Source: Armatimonadota bacterium (GTDB lineage: Bacteria > Armatimonadota > UBA5829 > DSUL01). Taken from it: 64,000 nt of DNA. The notes under the pieces were generated by a model. The model made no database searches. It saw only the letters and a program-made list of their open reading frames with translations, and was not told the DNA's origin. The translations under genes were made by a program, and so were the position numbers. This document shows, one piece after another, positions 27,832 to 37,854 of the stretch (its first letter is position 1; each line of letters starts with the position of its first letter). Location: assembly GCA_052033935.1 (NCBI GenBank), contig JBPOJE010000011.1:139814-203813 (forward strand), given 5' to 3'.

Positions 27832-30800
27832 ATGAGAGCGCACAGATCCACGCAGGAGTCCGCACTTGTGACACTCGCCTTTGCTATTCTGAGCCTTGTT
27901 GCGGGATCGCAGCCGGTGATGGCAGCCGCCCCCCCGCCACCGCTGTACGCCGCCGATGACGCATACGTGATGGAGCAGGACACGTCCCTAGTCGTCACGC
28001 AGACCTACCCGACGTACCTGGCAATCGGAAACAGCCTCACCCACAACAGCCCCGGATCGTGGAACAACAACACACCACCGGGCTGGGGCATGAACGCCTC
28101 GGCCGAGGATAAGGACTTTGTGGCGTTGATCACATCGTTCCTGCGCGGCAGAAACAGCCAAAGCGCGGCGCAGGTGTACGACAACGGCACGGCCCGCCAG
28201 CCATTCGGCAGCGTAGCCGCCGCCCTCAGCATTATCGCAACCTACAAGGCCTATCACGCCGATGTGATCACGGTTCAATTGGGCGAGAACGACAGGTATA
28301 TGCCGCTGGATGAGTTTCGCGACAAGTACGCCGATCTGCTCGATGCTCTCCTCGACAACACCCCACGCCCGAAGATCCTCTGCTTCGGAATCTGGAACTC
28401 CAGTTCGCTCTACCGTCCCTGCCTTCCAGGCGTGCCCCTGACGCAATGCGACCACGAAACGGAACTGGACGCCATAATCAGCAGTCTTTGCGCCGAGAGG
28501 AAGCTCATCTTCCGGTCTGTAAAGTATGTGGCCATGGACCCGGCCAACCACAATCCGGGCGGAGGCGCATACAACTGGCACCCGAACGACTCTGGCATGG
28601 AGGCGTACGCCGCCCTTTTCGCAACGGCTTACGAGTCGCTTTCACCACCACTTCTGATGGCTAACGACACCTTCCCCGCCGGTGCAGTGGTGCATGCGGA
28701 GATGGTCACGGAGCCCGCACACGGCACGCTGTCCCTGGGGGCTGACGGATCTTTCGTTTATACGCCCGACGAGCACTTCGCGGGCGTGGACTCGTTTATG
28801 TATCTGGTAGTGGGTAAGACCGAAGCCTCGCCGGCGGCGACAGTGACCATCGAGGTACGCCAGAGGAATCACTCCCCGGAGGGCGTGGCCGACGTCTACC
28901 TGGCCGAGGACGACGGCAGCCTCAGCGTGCCTGCGCCAGGCGTCCTGACGAACGACACGGATTACGACAACGACCCGTTGACAGCGCAAATCTGGGTGCA
29001 GCCAAAGTACGGACAGGTGACCCTCAACCCGGACGGGTCGTTCACATACACTCCCGGGCCATCCTTCAAAGGCTCCGATGAGTTCGCCTATCGCCCGTAC
29101 GATGGCTTACGGAAAGGTGCTGTCACCGCCGTCTCGATCGGGACCCGGGCGCTCGGTGAGCCCGAAGCAATATGCCGGGACTCGGACACCATCGTACTGA
29201 AATGGAGGAAGCCCGCCGATCCGGCATTTCAGGCAGTCAGCATTCAGCGCGCCGAAGGGAACGGCCTGTTCGTCCAAGTGGGCCGGACTTCTGCAGAAGA
29301 GTTCGTGGACAGCGGGCTCACCGAAGACCGCGTATATCACTACTGCCTGACTGTCGAGAGTCCTCATCCAGTGAGACAGACCCTCCTCACCGCTCAGACT
29401 TTCAGGAAGATCCCCGACAAACGACGGGGCGCTATCGGCCCGGACGGTGGCACAATCTGGTGCGCGGGCGCGAGCGACAGCAACATTCTTTATCACTCCG
29501 ATGACGCCGGGGAGACATTCACCGCCGTGAAGGACTTCGGCGCACTGGCGGGCGGACCGGTGACCGCGATCTTTGTTGATCCGTTCGGGTCGGTCTATGT
29601 CAGTGCATCCGACGCCGCGGCGATGGGTGACGGAAAGGTGTACCGCTCAACGGACAACGGCGCGACGTGGGAGACGTGCAAGACCCCCACGGGAGACGAC
29701 CTTGTGCTGATGGACGGCCTGCGCGCTCCCGCAAGCGCGAGCACCTGGTTTCATTCGAATGGTTTCGACTGCGGCCTGGACATGCTCGGGCAGCCGATGT
29801 GGATGCTGGGGGTGTTCAAGCACGACAATGGGCCGAACAACGCCTATCTGTACCGTTCGAGCGACGGGATCACTTTTGAGGAAGACAGCCAGCTTGCGGA
29901 CACGTACCCGCTGCTGCGGCACATCCACTCAGTGGCGTACGATCCGTACAGCGAGCGATGGTATGTCGCCTACGGAGACTCCCCACGCCAGTTCAGCGTG
30001 AGCGAAGACGGTATGAGCTTCACGCCCCTTCCGCCGGAGGCACGCGGCGCGTCTTCGGTGGCGGCCTTCACGCCGGAAGCCATTCTCATGTCGGGTGAGG
30101 CATATTTCAACAACGGAGTCTGGCGCAGCACGGACGGCGGCCTTACGGCCGTGAAGACCCCCATGCCAGCGCACTCGGATCTGCTCTGCTACGGTCTCAA
30201 GAGCTTCCCGGACGGCGAGGTGTGGCTGGCGAGCTTCCGCGATACGTTCCCGCAGCCGGACGAAGCATCCTGCATGTGGGTTTCGAGCGATCACGGGGCG
30301 ACGTGGCGCAGAATCGCCCAGGAGTCCACCGACACCGCCAACCTGTCCGATCCCGATTTTTATACCATCGCCAGCACGGCCAGCAGCGCGCTTGCCGGAG
30401 ACTATGTTTTCGTGGACTGCTGGCAGTCGAGGTACATCGCGCGCTTCCGGCGTCTGTCCGGCATTGGCGCGGCCTCACCCCCGTCCATCACGAGCATAGA
30501 CGCATCCGGCAGCTTTGTGACCGTGCCACACACGCTTCAGGCAACGTGGATGGCCGAGCAAGGGACGGCGCCGATTGCCGAGTTTGAATACGCGGTGGGG
30601 ATGCAGCCCGAGGATCCGAGCACGAACTATGTCGTGGGCTGGACATCCACGGGAACCACAGCCGGCGCCATTGTTCCGGGCCTCAGCCTGGAAGCGGGCC
30701 GGCAGTATTACTTCTATGTGCGGGCGCGGGACAGCCGCGGTCTCACCTGCCTGCCGGTGGCAAGCGCCGCGGTTGACGTTCCGGCGGACGTGGAGCGCAT

Positions 30801-31404
30801 AGGGGAGCTGTGGGACCTGGCGAATGGAGTGCTGATCCGGTTGCGGGACAAGGTTGTGACGTGTACTGTTCCAGGCGGGTTCTGGGTGGAGGAGGACGAC
30901 CGGGCTGCTGCCCTGCGTGTGATCTCGCCGGTCGAGGCGGCGCCGGGCGACCGGGTCACCTTCACCGGCGCTCTGGAGGCATCGCAGGACTCCCGCCAGT
31001 TCGCCACATCCGGGGCGGTTGTCACCTGTTCAGGGGCACCCATCCCCGCCCCGCTTTCCACGCCGGGGGCCGCGCTGCTCTTCCAACCCGCAAACAGCCT
31101 GACACCCGGAGTGAAAGATGGTGGCTCGACGTACGGCGTGGGGCTGCTCGTGAGATGCTGGGGCTTCGTGAGGTCGTCCGGGCTTTCGGACAGTGTGGGG
31201 CCCTACTTCCACCTGGACGACGGCAGCGGACTGGATGAGGGGAGCGGCATCGCCGGCGTTCGGGTCCGCATCGCAGGCGAGTGGCCGGCAGTGGGCACGA
31301 TGGTTTCGGCAACGGGGGTGGCGGCCATGGAGAGTGTCGCGGGCTGCCTGGTTCCGGTTCTTATCACCCGTTCCGCCGAAGATGTGCGGCTGCTGATCGA
31401 ATGA
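27832..31404 (+). CDS. Large secreted multidomain protein: SGNH/GDSL hydrolase, cadherin-like repeats, Fn3, BNR/sialidase-like propeller, and the conserved C-terminal module
   Basis: Signal peptide MRAHRSTQESALVTLAFAILSLVAG. GDSL-like block VITVQLGENDRYMPLDEF. Cadherin-like VYTPDEHFAGVDSFMY and GSFTYTPGPSFKGSDEF. BNR motifs SDDAGETF, STDNGATW, SSDHGATW. GWTSTGT repeat. C-terminus GLLVRCWGFV...FHLDDGSGLDEGSG...RLLIE is shared with three other proteins. Confidence 0.85.
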   Translation: MRAHRSTQESALVTLAFAILSLVAGSQPVMAAAPPPPLYAADDAYVMEQDTSLVVTQTYPTYLAIGNSLTHNSPGSWNNNTPPGWGMNASAEDKDFVALITSFLRGRNSQSAAQVYDNGTARQPFGSVAAALSIIATYKAYHADVITVQLGENDRYMPLDEFRDKYADLLDALLDNTPRPKILCFGIWNSSSLYRPCLPGVPLTQCDHETELDAIISSLCAERKLIFRSVKYVAMDPANHNPGGGAYNWHPNDSGMEAYAALFATAYESLSPPLLMANDTFPAGAVVHAEMVTEPAHGTLSLGADGSFVYTPDEHFAGVDSFMYLVVGKTEASPAATVTIEVRQRNHSPEGVADVYLAEDDGSLSVPAPGVLTNDTDYDNDPLTAQIWVQPKYGQVTLNPDGSFTYTPGPSFKGSDEFAYRPYDGLRKGAVTAVSIGTRALGEPEAICRDSDTIVLKWRKPADPAFQAVSIQRAEGNGLFVQVGRTSAEEFVDSGLTEDRVYHYCLTVESPHPVRQTLLTAQTFRKIPDKRRGAIGPDGGTIWCAGASDSNILYHSDDAGETFTAVKDFGALAGGPVTAIFVDPFGSVYVSASDAAAMGDGKVYRSTDNGATWETCKTPTGDDLVLMDGLRAPASASTWFHSNGFDCGLDMLGQPMWMLGVFKHDNGPNNAYLYRSSDGITFEEDSQLADTYPLLRHIHSVAYDPYSERWYVAYGDSPRQFSVSEDGMSFTPLPPEARGASSVAAFTPEAILMSGEAYFNNGVWRSTDGGLTAVKTPMPAHSDLLCYGLKSFPDGEVWLASFRDTFPQPDEASCMWVSSDHGATWRRIAQESTDTANLSDPDFYTIASTASSALAGDYVFVDCWQSRYIARFRRLSGIGAASPPSITSIDASGSFVTVPHTLQATWMAEQGTAPIAEFEYAVGMQPEDPSTNYVVGWTSTGTTAGAIVPGLSLEAGRQYYFYVRARDSRGLTCLPVASAAVDVPADVERIGELWDLANGVLIRLRDKVVTCTVPGGFWVEEDDRAAALRVISPVEAAPGDRVTFTGALEASQDSRQFATSGAVVTCSGAPIPAPLSTPGAALLFQPANSLTPGVKDGGSTYGVGLLVRCWGFVRSSGLSDSVGPYFHLDDGSGLDEGSGIAGVRVRIAGEWPAVGTMVSATGVAAMESVAGCLVPVLITRSAEDVRLLIE

Positions 31405-31445
31405 GCCGGACGCACCAACCAGCCAAAAGTAAGAGGTATTGAATC

Positions 31446-31832
31446 GTGCGTCTTCTAACCCTTCTGAAGGGCAAAATTCACCGGGCGACCGTCACATCCA
31501 GCGATGTTGACTACATCGGGAGCATTACCATTGACAGCGACCTGATGGAGCGCTCCGGCATCGTCGAGGGCGAACTGGTGCATGTCTGGAACGTGACAAA
31601 CGGGCAGCGCTTTATCACGTATGCGATTCCCGGAGAGCGGCTGTCGGGCATCATTCAGATAAACGGATCGGCCGCGCATCGCGCCACGGCGGGTGACAAA
31701 GTCATTATTGTTGCGTTCATATGTACGGATGAACCAGTGGAACCGAGCGTGGTTCTGGTGGACGACGCGAACCGATTTGTGAAATACCTGCACCGTGGTG
31801 ACCAGGGTGACGGCGCTGATACCGGAGGTTAG
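31446..31832 (+). CDS. panD: Aspartate 1-decarboxylase
   Basis: [78 protein letters not shown] is near-consensus PanD. GTG start with AAGAGG upstream. Confidence 0.9.
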   Translation: MRLLTLLKGKIHRATVTSSDVDYIGSITIDSDLMERSGIVEGELVHVWNVTNGQRFITYAIPGERLSGIIQINGSAAHRATAGDKVIIVAFICTDEPVEPSVVLVDDANRFVKYLHRGDQGDGADTGG

Positions 31833-31836
31833 AAAC

Positions 31837-32940
31837 ATGCGGAATACTCGGGCGATGAGCTTTGCGGCGATGGCCGCGGCTGTTTGTGTGCTTACAGCGT
31901 ACGCTCCCGCGCCAGCCCTGGCGCTGAACGAGAAGGAACTGGGCAACCGGTACCACCAGCAGTTGTCTCGCGAGTACACGGTTACGAAGGATGCCCGGGT
32001 TACAGAGCTTGGCAAGAAGGTGGGCGAGTTCTCGGGTGTGTATGACGTGGAGTACTACGCGATTGACCTGGGCAAGGACGACCAGCCGAACGCATTCCAG
32101 ACGCCCTACCACATCTACGTGACAAAGTCGCTGCTCAAGGACTTCGACGACATCTCGCTGACGTATATTCTGGCGCACGAAATGGGGCACCAGGTCGGAC
32201 ACCACATCGCAAAGCAGAACAAGAAGAACCAGACGATCGGCATTGGAGCGGCTCTTCTGGGGACCGTGCTCGGGGTGGAATCGAACTCCCTGGGCGGCTA
32301 CGCGATCAACATCGCGGGCGGGGCGCTGGTCAACAAGTATTCGCGCGAGCAGGAGCAGGAGGCCGACCTGTTCGGTCTCGAGGTCATCCACGATATGGGC
32401 ATACCGTTTACGAAGGCGGCCGACTCGTTCCGGAAGCTCGGAGGCTCGGCGGGCGGAAGCCGCACGCTGAACTCGCTGTTCGGCTCGCATCCGCTCATGA
32501 GGGATCGCATTGACCGCGCGGAGTCGGCGGACAAGTGGCTGACCATGAGGGCCACAGACCTCTACAAATCGGATAAACAGACTATTGCCGTCGTGTGGCC
32601 CTATATGATCGAGAAGCCTCTCCCCGCCAACACGCAGAGCCTGCGCAATGGCCTGAAGGCGCAGATGTCCGCCGCGGGATACCGCCACACGGCGCCGGAC
32701 GGCAAAGCGCTGATATGGGCGAAGATGCACCGCCTGGAAGAGCTCAACCCCGACGATGTCGCGAAGGTCGCCTCCACGCTCGGCGCCAATCGCCTCGTTG
32801 TGCTCAAGTCGGTGGACAAGAAGAACAAGGCCAAGGTGGCGGTTCTGAACCCCGGCACGGCGAAGCGGGCCGACGTCGAATGGAAGGACCTCAAACCCCA
32901 GAGCCTGGCTTCGAGCATCCTTTCAGCGGCCGGGCAGTAG
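31837..32940 (+). CDS. M48 family zinc metalloprotease
   Basis: Signal peptide. HEMGH (ILAHEMGHQVGHH) and the downstream EQEADLFG glutamate. GGAGG RBS. Confidence 0.9.
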   Translation: MRNTRAMSFAAMAAAVCVLTAYAPAPALALNEKELGNRYHQQLSREYTVTKDARVTELGKKVGEFSGVYDVEYYAIDLGKDDQPNAFQTPYHIYVTKSLLKDFDDISLTYILAHEMGHQVGHHIAKQNKKNQTIGIGAALLGTVLGVESNSLGGYAINIAGGALVNKYSREQEQEADLFGLEVIHDMGIPFTKAADSFRKLGGSAGGSRTLNSLFGSHPLMRDRIDRAESADKWLTMRATDLYKSDKQTIAVVWPYMIEKPLPANTQSLRNGLKAQMSAAGYRHTAPDGKALIWAKMHRLEELNPDDVAKVASTLGANRLVVLKSVDKKNKAKVAVLNPGTAKRADVEWKDLKPQSLASSILSAAGQ

Positions 32941-32956
32941 CGCTCGCCCGGCAGAT

Positions 32957-35791
32957 TCAGCCGCGCAGGAGAGTCAGACGGGCTTCGATCTCTTCGATGC
33001 GCGCGGTTGATTCCGCCACGACCTGGCGCTGCTTCTCGACAACATCGGCAGGCGCCTTGCTCAAGAACCCCTGGTTGGCGAGCTTTGCCGATGCGCGCGC
33101 CATCTCCTGCCCGGCGGCCTTCTTCTCCGATTCGAGCCGCTCGATCTCGCGCGTCACTCCTGCGGCATCGCCGAGCTCCAGATACAGCGTTCCCGCGGCG
33201 GTCTGCGCGGTGAGGGCTCTGCGCCCATCCCCGGGGGCGGCACTCAGGATTTCGAGCGTCTCGATGCGCCCGAGATTCTTGACTGCCTCCTCGTTTCGCC
33301 TCACCACATCCGCCATCTGAGCGGACTCGACGGCGAGCATGAAGGGCAGACGTTTCGAAGGCGGCATCCCCGCGTCAGCGCGCAGGTTTCTGGCTCGGGT
33401 CACGATGTCCTGCACGATGGCCATTTCCGCCTCGGCGGCGTCATTGACCATCGTCTCGTCGAAGACTGCGTAAGGAGTGACCATGATGGACGGCGCCTTC
33501 GAGGAGCGGGCCGCTTCGGGAAGGGCCTGCCAGATCTCCTCGGTCACGAACGGCATCATCGGATGCAGCAGGCGCAGGGTGCACTCGAGCACTCCCACAA
33601 GGACGCTGCGCACGGCGGGTGCCTCATCCGTCTTCAGGCGCGGCTTGGCCATCTCGACATACCAGTCGCAGTACTCGCTCCAGATGAAGTCGTGGAGCGC
33701 GTGCGCCGCGACGTCCATGTCATACGACCCGAGCGCCTCGTTGACCACCTGGATGGTCTTCACCAGCCGCGAGAGAATCCAGCGGTCCTCGACGCGCAGA
33801 CGCTCGTGCGAGGGCAGCCCGCCGAAGACGCCGGACGGGTCAATGTTCATCAGCACGAAACGGCTGGCGTTCCAGATCTTGTTCGCGAAGTTGCGCGCCT
33901 GCTCCACGCGGGCCGACTCGGCCCGGACATCGGTTGACCCGCACTCGCGGCACTGCGCGGTGTAGGGAGTGAGGGTGCTGTTCACCTTGCCGCAGTTGCG
34001 GCACTCGAAGGCGACGCTGAAGCGCATGTCCTGGCTCTTGCCGGCCTGCTCGACCAGCGCGAACCGCAGCGCGTCCGTGCCATAGCGGTCAATCAGCTCA
34101 AGCGGGTCCACGCCCGTCCCGAGCGATTTGGACATCCGCTGGCCTTCCTGGTTCATCACCGTCGCGTAGATGTACACATCGCGGAACGGGATCTCGTTCA
34201 GGAAGTGCATGCTAGCGACGATCATGCGGGCAACCCAGAGATAGATGATGTCGCGCGCCGTTGTGAGAACAGTCGTGGGATGGAAGCACTCCAGGTCCGG
34301 CGTCTTGTCGGGCCAGCCCATAGTCCCGAACGTCCAGAGAGCACTGGAGAACCAGGTGTCGAGCACATCCGGGTCCTGGACGATGCGCGTGCCGCGGCAG
34401 TCCGGGCAGGCGGCCGGCTTCTCCCGCGCGACGATGACTTTCAGGCTCGAAACCCGTGTCTTGCCCCAGTCAACGCTGAACTCTTCGCCAGGGACCGGAG
34501 TCTCCGCCCCGACGATGCGTTCGCCGTTACAGTCCAAACAGTAGTAGGCGGGGATGCGGTGCCCCCACCAGAGCTGCCTGCTGATGCACCAGTCGCGGAT
34601 GTTCTCCATCCAGTTGAGATACAGCTTCGAGAAGCGGCCGGGGAAGAAGCGCACTTCGCCGCTCTTGACGACATCCATCGCCGGGCGCGCAAGCTCTTCC
34701 ATCCGCACGAACCACTGCTCGAGCAACAGCGGCTCGATGACGGTGTGGCAGCGGGCGCAGGTATTCACAGAAAGCTGATACGGCTCCATCTTGCGCAGCA
34801 CGCCGAGGGCTTCCAGATCGCGGACAAGCTCCTCCCGCGCCTCGTAGCGCTCCTTGCCCGCGTACTTTCCGGCATCTTCGGTCATGACCGCGTCGGTGCC
34901 GATGACGCTGACTGAGGGAAGGTTGTGCCGCCGCCCGATCTCGAAGTCGTTCGGGTCGTGTGCGGGAGTCACCTTCACCGCTCCGGTGCCGAACTCGGGG
35001 TCGGCATAGTCGTCAGCGACAATCGGCAGCGGACGGTTCATGACAGGCAGGATGACGTTCTTGCCGACAATGTCCGTGTAGCGGGCGTCTTTCGGGTTGA
35101 CCGCCACGGCCGTGTCCCCGAGCATCGTTTCCGGCCGGGTGGTGGCAACAGTCACATGCCCCCCGCCGTTCTCCAGCGGGTAGTCTATATGGTAGAGTTG
35201 AGCTTCCCTGTCCTCGTACTCAATCTCGATGTCGGAGATTGCCGTGGAGCAGCGCGGGCACCAGTTGATGACCCGCTCGCCACGGTAGATATGCCCTTCC
35301 TCGTGCAGCCGCACGAAGTGCTCGGTAACAGCCCTGTGGTATCCCTCGTCGAGCGTGAAGCGGCTGCGCTCCCAGTCGAAGCTGTAGCCCATCTTGCGGA
35401 ACTGCTGGAAGATGGTACCGCCGTACTGCTCCTTCCACTGCCAGACGCGCCCCAGGAACTTCTCGCGTCCCAGGTCGTGCCTGGTGAGGCCCTCGCGGGC
35501 GAGGTTGCGCTCCACGGCGTTCTGAGTGGCGATGCCGGCGTGATCCATGCCGGGCAGGCAGAGGGTCTCATATCCGTGCATGCGCTTCCAGCGCGCCAGC
35601 ACGTCCTGCAGGGTGTAGCACAGAGCGTGGCCGATGTGCAGGGACCCCGTCACGTTCGGAGGCGGGATGGTGATCGAGAACTTCTCGCGCTCCGAATCAG
35701 CGGCGGCGTGGAAGTAACCCTCACGATCCCAAGTCTCGTACCAGCGCTCTTCGGAGGATTTCGGGTCGTAGGTCTTGCTGAGTTCAGGCAT
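32957..35791 (-). CDS. valS: Valyl-tRNA synthetase
   Basis: HIGH (SLHIGHAL) and KMSKS motifs, editing domain, C-terminal coiled coil. 944 aa uninterrupted. Confidence 0.97.
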   Translation of the reverse strand: MPELSKTYDPKSSEERWYETWDREGYFHAAADSEREKFSITIPPPNVTGSLHIGHALCYTLQDVLARWKRMHGYETLCLPGMDHAGIATQNAVERNLAREGLTRHDLGREKFLGRVWQWKEQYGGTIFQQFRKMGYSFDWERSRFTLDEGYHRAVTEHFVRLHEEGHIYRGERVINWCPRCSTAISDIEIEYEDREAQLYHIDYPLENGGGHVTVATTRPETMLGDTAVAVNPKDARYTDIVGKNVILPVMNRPLPIVADDYADPEFGTGAVKVTPAHDPNDFEIGRRHNLPSVSVIGTDAVMTEDAGKYAGKERYEAREELVRDLEALGVLRKMEPYQLSVNTCARCHTVIEPLLLEQWFVRMEELARPAMDVVKSGEVRFFPGRFSKLYLNWMENIRDWCISRQLWWGHRIPAYYCLDCNGERIVGAETPVPGEEFSVDWGKTRVSSLKVIVAREKPAACPDCRGTRIVQDPDVLDTWFSSALWTFGTMGWPDKTPDLECFHPTTVLTTARDIIYLWVARMIVASMHFLNEIPFRDVYIYATVMNQEGQRMSKSLGTGVDPLELIDRYGTDALRFALVEQAGKSQDMRFSVAFECRNCGKVNSTLTPYTAQCRECGSTDVRAESARVEQARNFANKIWNASRFVLMNIDPSGVFGGLPSHERLRVEDRWILSRLVKTIQVVNEALGSYDMDVAAHALHDFIWSEYCDWYVEMAKPRLKTDEAPAVRSVLVGVLECTLRLLHPMMPFVTEEIWQALPEAARSSKAPSIMVTPYAVFDETMVNDAAEAEMAIVQDIVTRARNLRADAGMPPSKRLPFMLAVESAQMADVVRRNEEAVKNLGRIETLEILSAAPGDGRRALTAQTAAGTLYLELGDAAGVTREIERLESEKKAAGQEMARASAKLANQGFLSKAPADVVEKQRQVVAESTARIEEIEARLTLLRG

Positions 35792-35793
35792 CG

Positions 35794-36609
35794 TTAACGC
35801 CTGGCTTCAGACGCGAAGACGTGGGGAACCGACTTTCCCTTTTCCAGCCCGAACGCCCACTTCAGGCCGCCAAGGATGTGCTGCTGGAACTCCTTGCTCT
35901 CCCAGACTTCGTCGCGATGGCCAAGAGCCGTGTAGAACACCTTCCCCTTGCCGTAGTCCTTGCACCAGGCGAGCAGGTAGTCTCCCGGCTGACCGGCCTC
36001 AGGGTGCCCGTCGTCCGGATGCCTGTCCAGCGAGAGCAGCACATGCACCTTCGAGCGTTCGTTCTCTTTGTGCTCGTAGATCTCGTCGTACACCCTGTAC
36101 GGGGTCTTGAGATGCTTCGTGGCGGGGTGCGAGGGATCGTCAACAATCGCGGCGACCTCGCACTGTTGTCCGTGCGTCTTGAACTGGCCCCCGATCATTT
36201 CGATGTAGCTCTTGTCGCCGCGGTTCTGTTCGGGGTGATAAGTGTCCGTCGCGGCATGCACACCCAGGAATGCATGCCCGGACTTGATCCAGTAGAGGAA
36301 CGAGTACAGGTTCGGGATGCCCAGGTTTCCAGTGGTGTTCGCGAAGAAGACGCCGTCGTAGCTCCGCAGCCCGGAGAGCGTCATCATCTTCTTGACGTCG
36401 TCCTTCGTGCGGCAGAAATCCACCGTGAAGAAGCCGCTATCGTCCGCAAGCTGCTGCAGCACCTTTTCAGAAGCCGGAATGACGCTGTGGTAGAACCCGG
36501 CGGTGTAGGTGACGACAAGAAGCCGTTTCTTGTCCCCGTCCCTGGCCCAGGCCGCCGTCGCGGAAACGAGAAGAGTGATCCCAACGAGAAGAGCAAGAAT
36601 CCGATGCAT
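35794..36609 (-). CDS. ThuA-like (trehalose utilisation) family protein
   Basis: Signal peptide MHRILALLVGITLLVSATAAWA. ThuA-like core (LLVVTYTAGFYHSVIP...HRDEVWES). Confidence 0.8.
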   Translation of the reverse strand: MHRILALLVGITLLVSATAAWARDGDKKRLLVVTYTAGFYHSVIPASEKVLQQLADDSGFFTVDFCRTKDDVKKMMTLSGLRSYDGVFFANTTGNLGIPNLYSFLYWIKSGHAFLGVHAATDTYHPEQNRGDKSYIEMIGGQFKTHGQQCEVAAIVDDPSHPATKHLKTPYRVYDEIYEHKENERSKVHVLLSLDRHPDDGHPEAGQPGDYLLAWCKDYGKGKVFYTALGHRDEVWESKEFQQHILGGLKWAFGLEKGKSVPHVFASEARR

Positions 36610-36725
36610 GTAACAGGTCCCTCGAATCGAAAAGTGCGCCGCAAGAGATTCGGCGCACGCCCCCATCCTCCGCAGATAATCATATCCTGCCTGCGCCGAA
36701 AATCGCAAAAGGACGCCCGGCGCCG

Positions 36726-37274
36726 TCAGTCCGGTTTTGCGGTCTCGCCGAAGTGGCCGAAATTGGGAAGGTAGTCGCGCCAGACCTTGTTCTGGCTGCC
36801 GTCCACGAACTTCGTGAGGCTGACGAAGGGAATCCACTTGGGCCGCCGCGGCTGGCGGGCCAGGGCGAAGCCAACCTGCTGCAGCGACTTATCGCCCTTC
36901 TTCGTGTTGCACTTGCGGCAACAGCAGACGAGGTTCTCCCAGTCAGTGCGCCCGCCCAGCCTGCGCGGGATGACGTGGTCAATGGTGAGGTCCTTGCCCG
37001 TGTGCCCGCAGTACTGGCATGTGTACCCGTCGCGCGCGAAGATGGAGCGCCGCGACAGGCGCAGGCGCGGCATGGGCCTTCGGATATGGTACTTCAGCCG
37101 CACCACCGACGGACTGACGAGCGCCGTCGTTGCAGAGTGCACCGTGATCGAGTCCGAGTGAAGCACATCCACCTTGCCCAGGTAGATGAGCCCGATCGCA
37201 CGGCGCATATTGCAGATGTTGATCGGTTCGTAATCGCTGTTAAGGACGAGAACGTCCTGATTCAGGCTTTGCAT
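36726..37274 (-). CDS. HNH endonuclease
   Basis: CQYCGHTGKDLTIDHVIPRRLGGRTDWENLVCCCRKCNTKK is the HNH motif with Cys4 zinc site. Confidence 0.85.
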   Translation of the reverse strand: MQSLNQDVLVLNSDYEPINICNMRRAIGLIYLGKVDVLHSDSITVHSATTALVSPSVVRLKYHIRRPMPRLRLSRRSIFARDGYTCQYCGHTGKDLTIDHVIPRRLGGRTDWENLVCCCRKCNTKKGDKSLQQVGFALARQPRRPKWIPFVSLTKFVDGSQNKVWRDYLPNFGHFGETAKPD

Positions 37275-37309
37275 CCAGTCTTAACACATCCTGAGGCCGG
37301 GCGAACCCA

Positions 37310-37352
37310 CAAAAAAATCCGCTCCTCAGCCGTTCGAGAGGAAGCGGATTTC
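37310..37352 (-). terminator. Rho-independent terminator (minus strand) within the leader upstream of HNH-thuA-valS
   Basis: 13/14-bp stem aaatccgctcctc...gaggaagcggattt with one bulge. On the minus strand it is followed by TTTTTTT (plus-strand A-run 37311-37317). Confidence 0.6.
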
Positions 37353-37501
37353 ACGCGCGCACGTATGACTTGACAGATCTGTAATGCCGGAAGACCGACT
37401 GCTCGTAAACCTGAGATCTGCCCTGAGTGAGAGGCGCGCCCTGATTATGCTGCCTGCCAGCTCTATTCATACCAGCAAATGATTCCAGCGGAGGCGTAAT
37501 C

Positions 37502-37526
37502 AAAAACCCCGGCCGCAAGGCCGGGG
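37502..37526 (-). terminator. Early hairpin plus U-tract at the 5' end of the minus-strand leader transcript
   Basis: ccccggcc-gcaa-ggccgggg (GNRA-type tetraloop). On the minus strand it is followed by TTTTT. Sits about 8-30 nt after the predicted TSS. Confidence 0.5.
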
Positions 37527-37541
37527 CGCCCCCACGTATGC

Positions 37542-37571
37542 ATTATAGAAACCAGCAGGCCGCACTGTCAA
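37542..37571 (-). promoter_or_regulatory. Consensus sigma70-type promoter (TTGACA-N18-TATAAT) on the minus strand
   Basis: Minus-strand read: gctgtcTTGACAgtgcggcctgctggtttcTATAATgcatacg. Both hexamers are perfect. Confidence 0.55.
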
Positions 37572-37643
37572 CAAGACAGCCTCGGGGGTCTCCTTCGGAA
37601 ATGTGAAGCAAAGAACTCAGGTGCTTCAAGGGCGTACCGAGGA

Positions 37644-37816
37644 CCGATGTCCGGCATCTCCGCTGCCGGACGGGCGTCCGCGGGGTCTCTGACCCCTGAC
37701 CGTTGTGCACGCCGCGCACTGCCGTCTGCGAACGCCATCCCGGATGGCGAGGCTGTTTGCCTGAATGGACGCCCCGCAAGATCCTGCAGACGTAGTCTGC
37801 GCGAGCAGAGATCGCG
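37644..37816. repeat. Copy A of a ~170-nt structured intergenic repeat family
   Basis: Its first 48 nt (ccgatgtccggcatctccgctgccggacgggcgtccgcggggtctctg) are identical to 41222-41269. Its end (gcgcgagcagagatcgcg) is identical to the end of copy B. The interior is about 70 percent similar. Confidence 0.7.
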
Positions 37817-37854
37817 TAGGGTTCCCTCTTTTCGGGGGAAGTCCATAAAACCTA

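Noticed and set aside
37370-37400. Plus-strand TTGACA hexamer at ~37370
   Set aside because: No acceptable -10 hexamer at 16-19 nt spacing.
37275-37545. T-box riboswitch upstream of valS
   Set aside because: The leader has terminator hairpins but no T-box consensus (no GGGTGGTACCGCG-like sequence) or specifier-loop arrangement. HNH and thuA genes intervene before valS.
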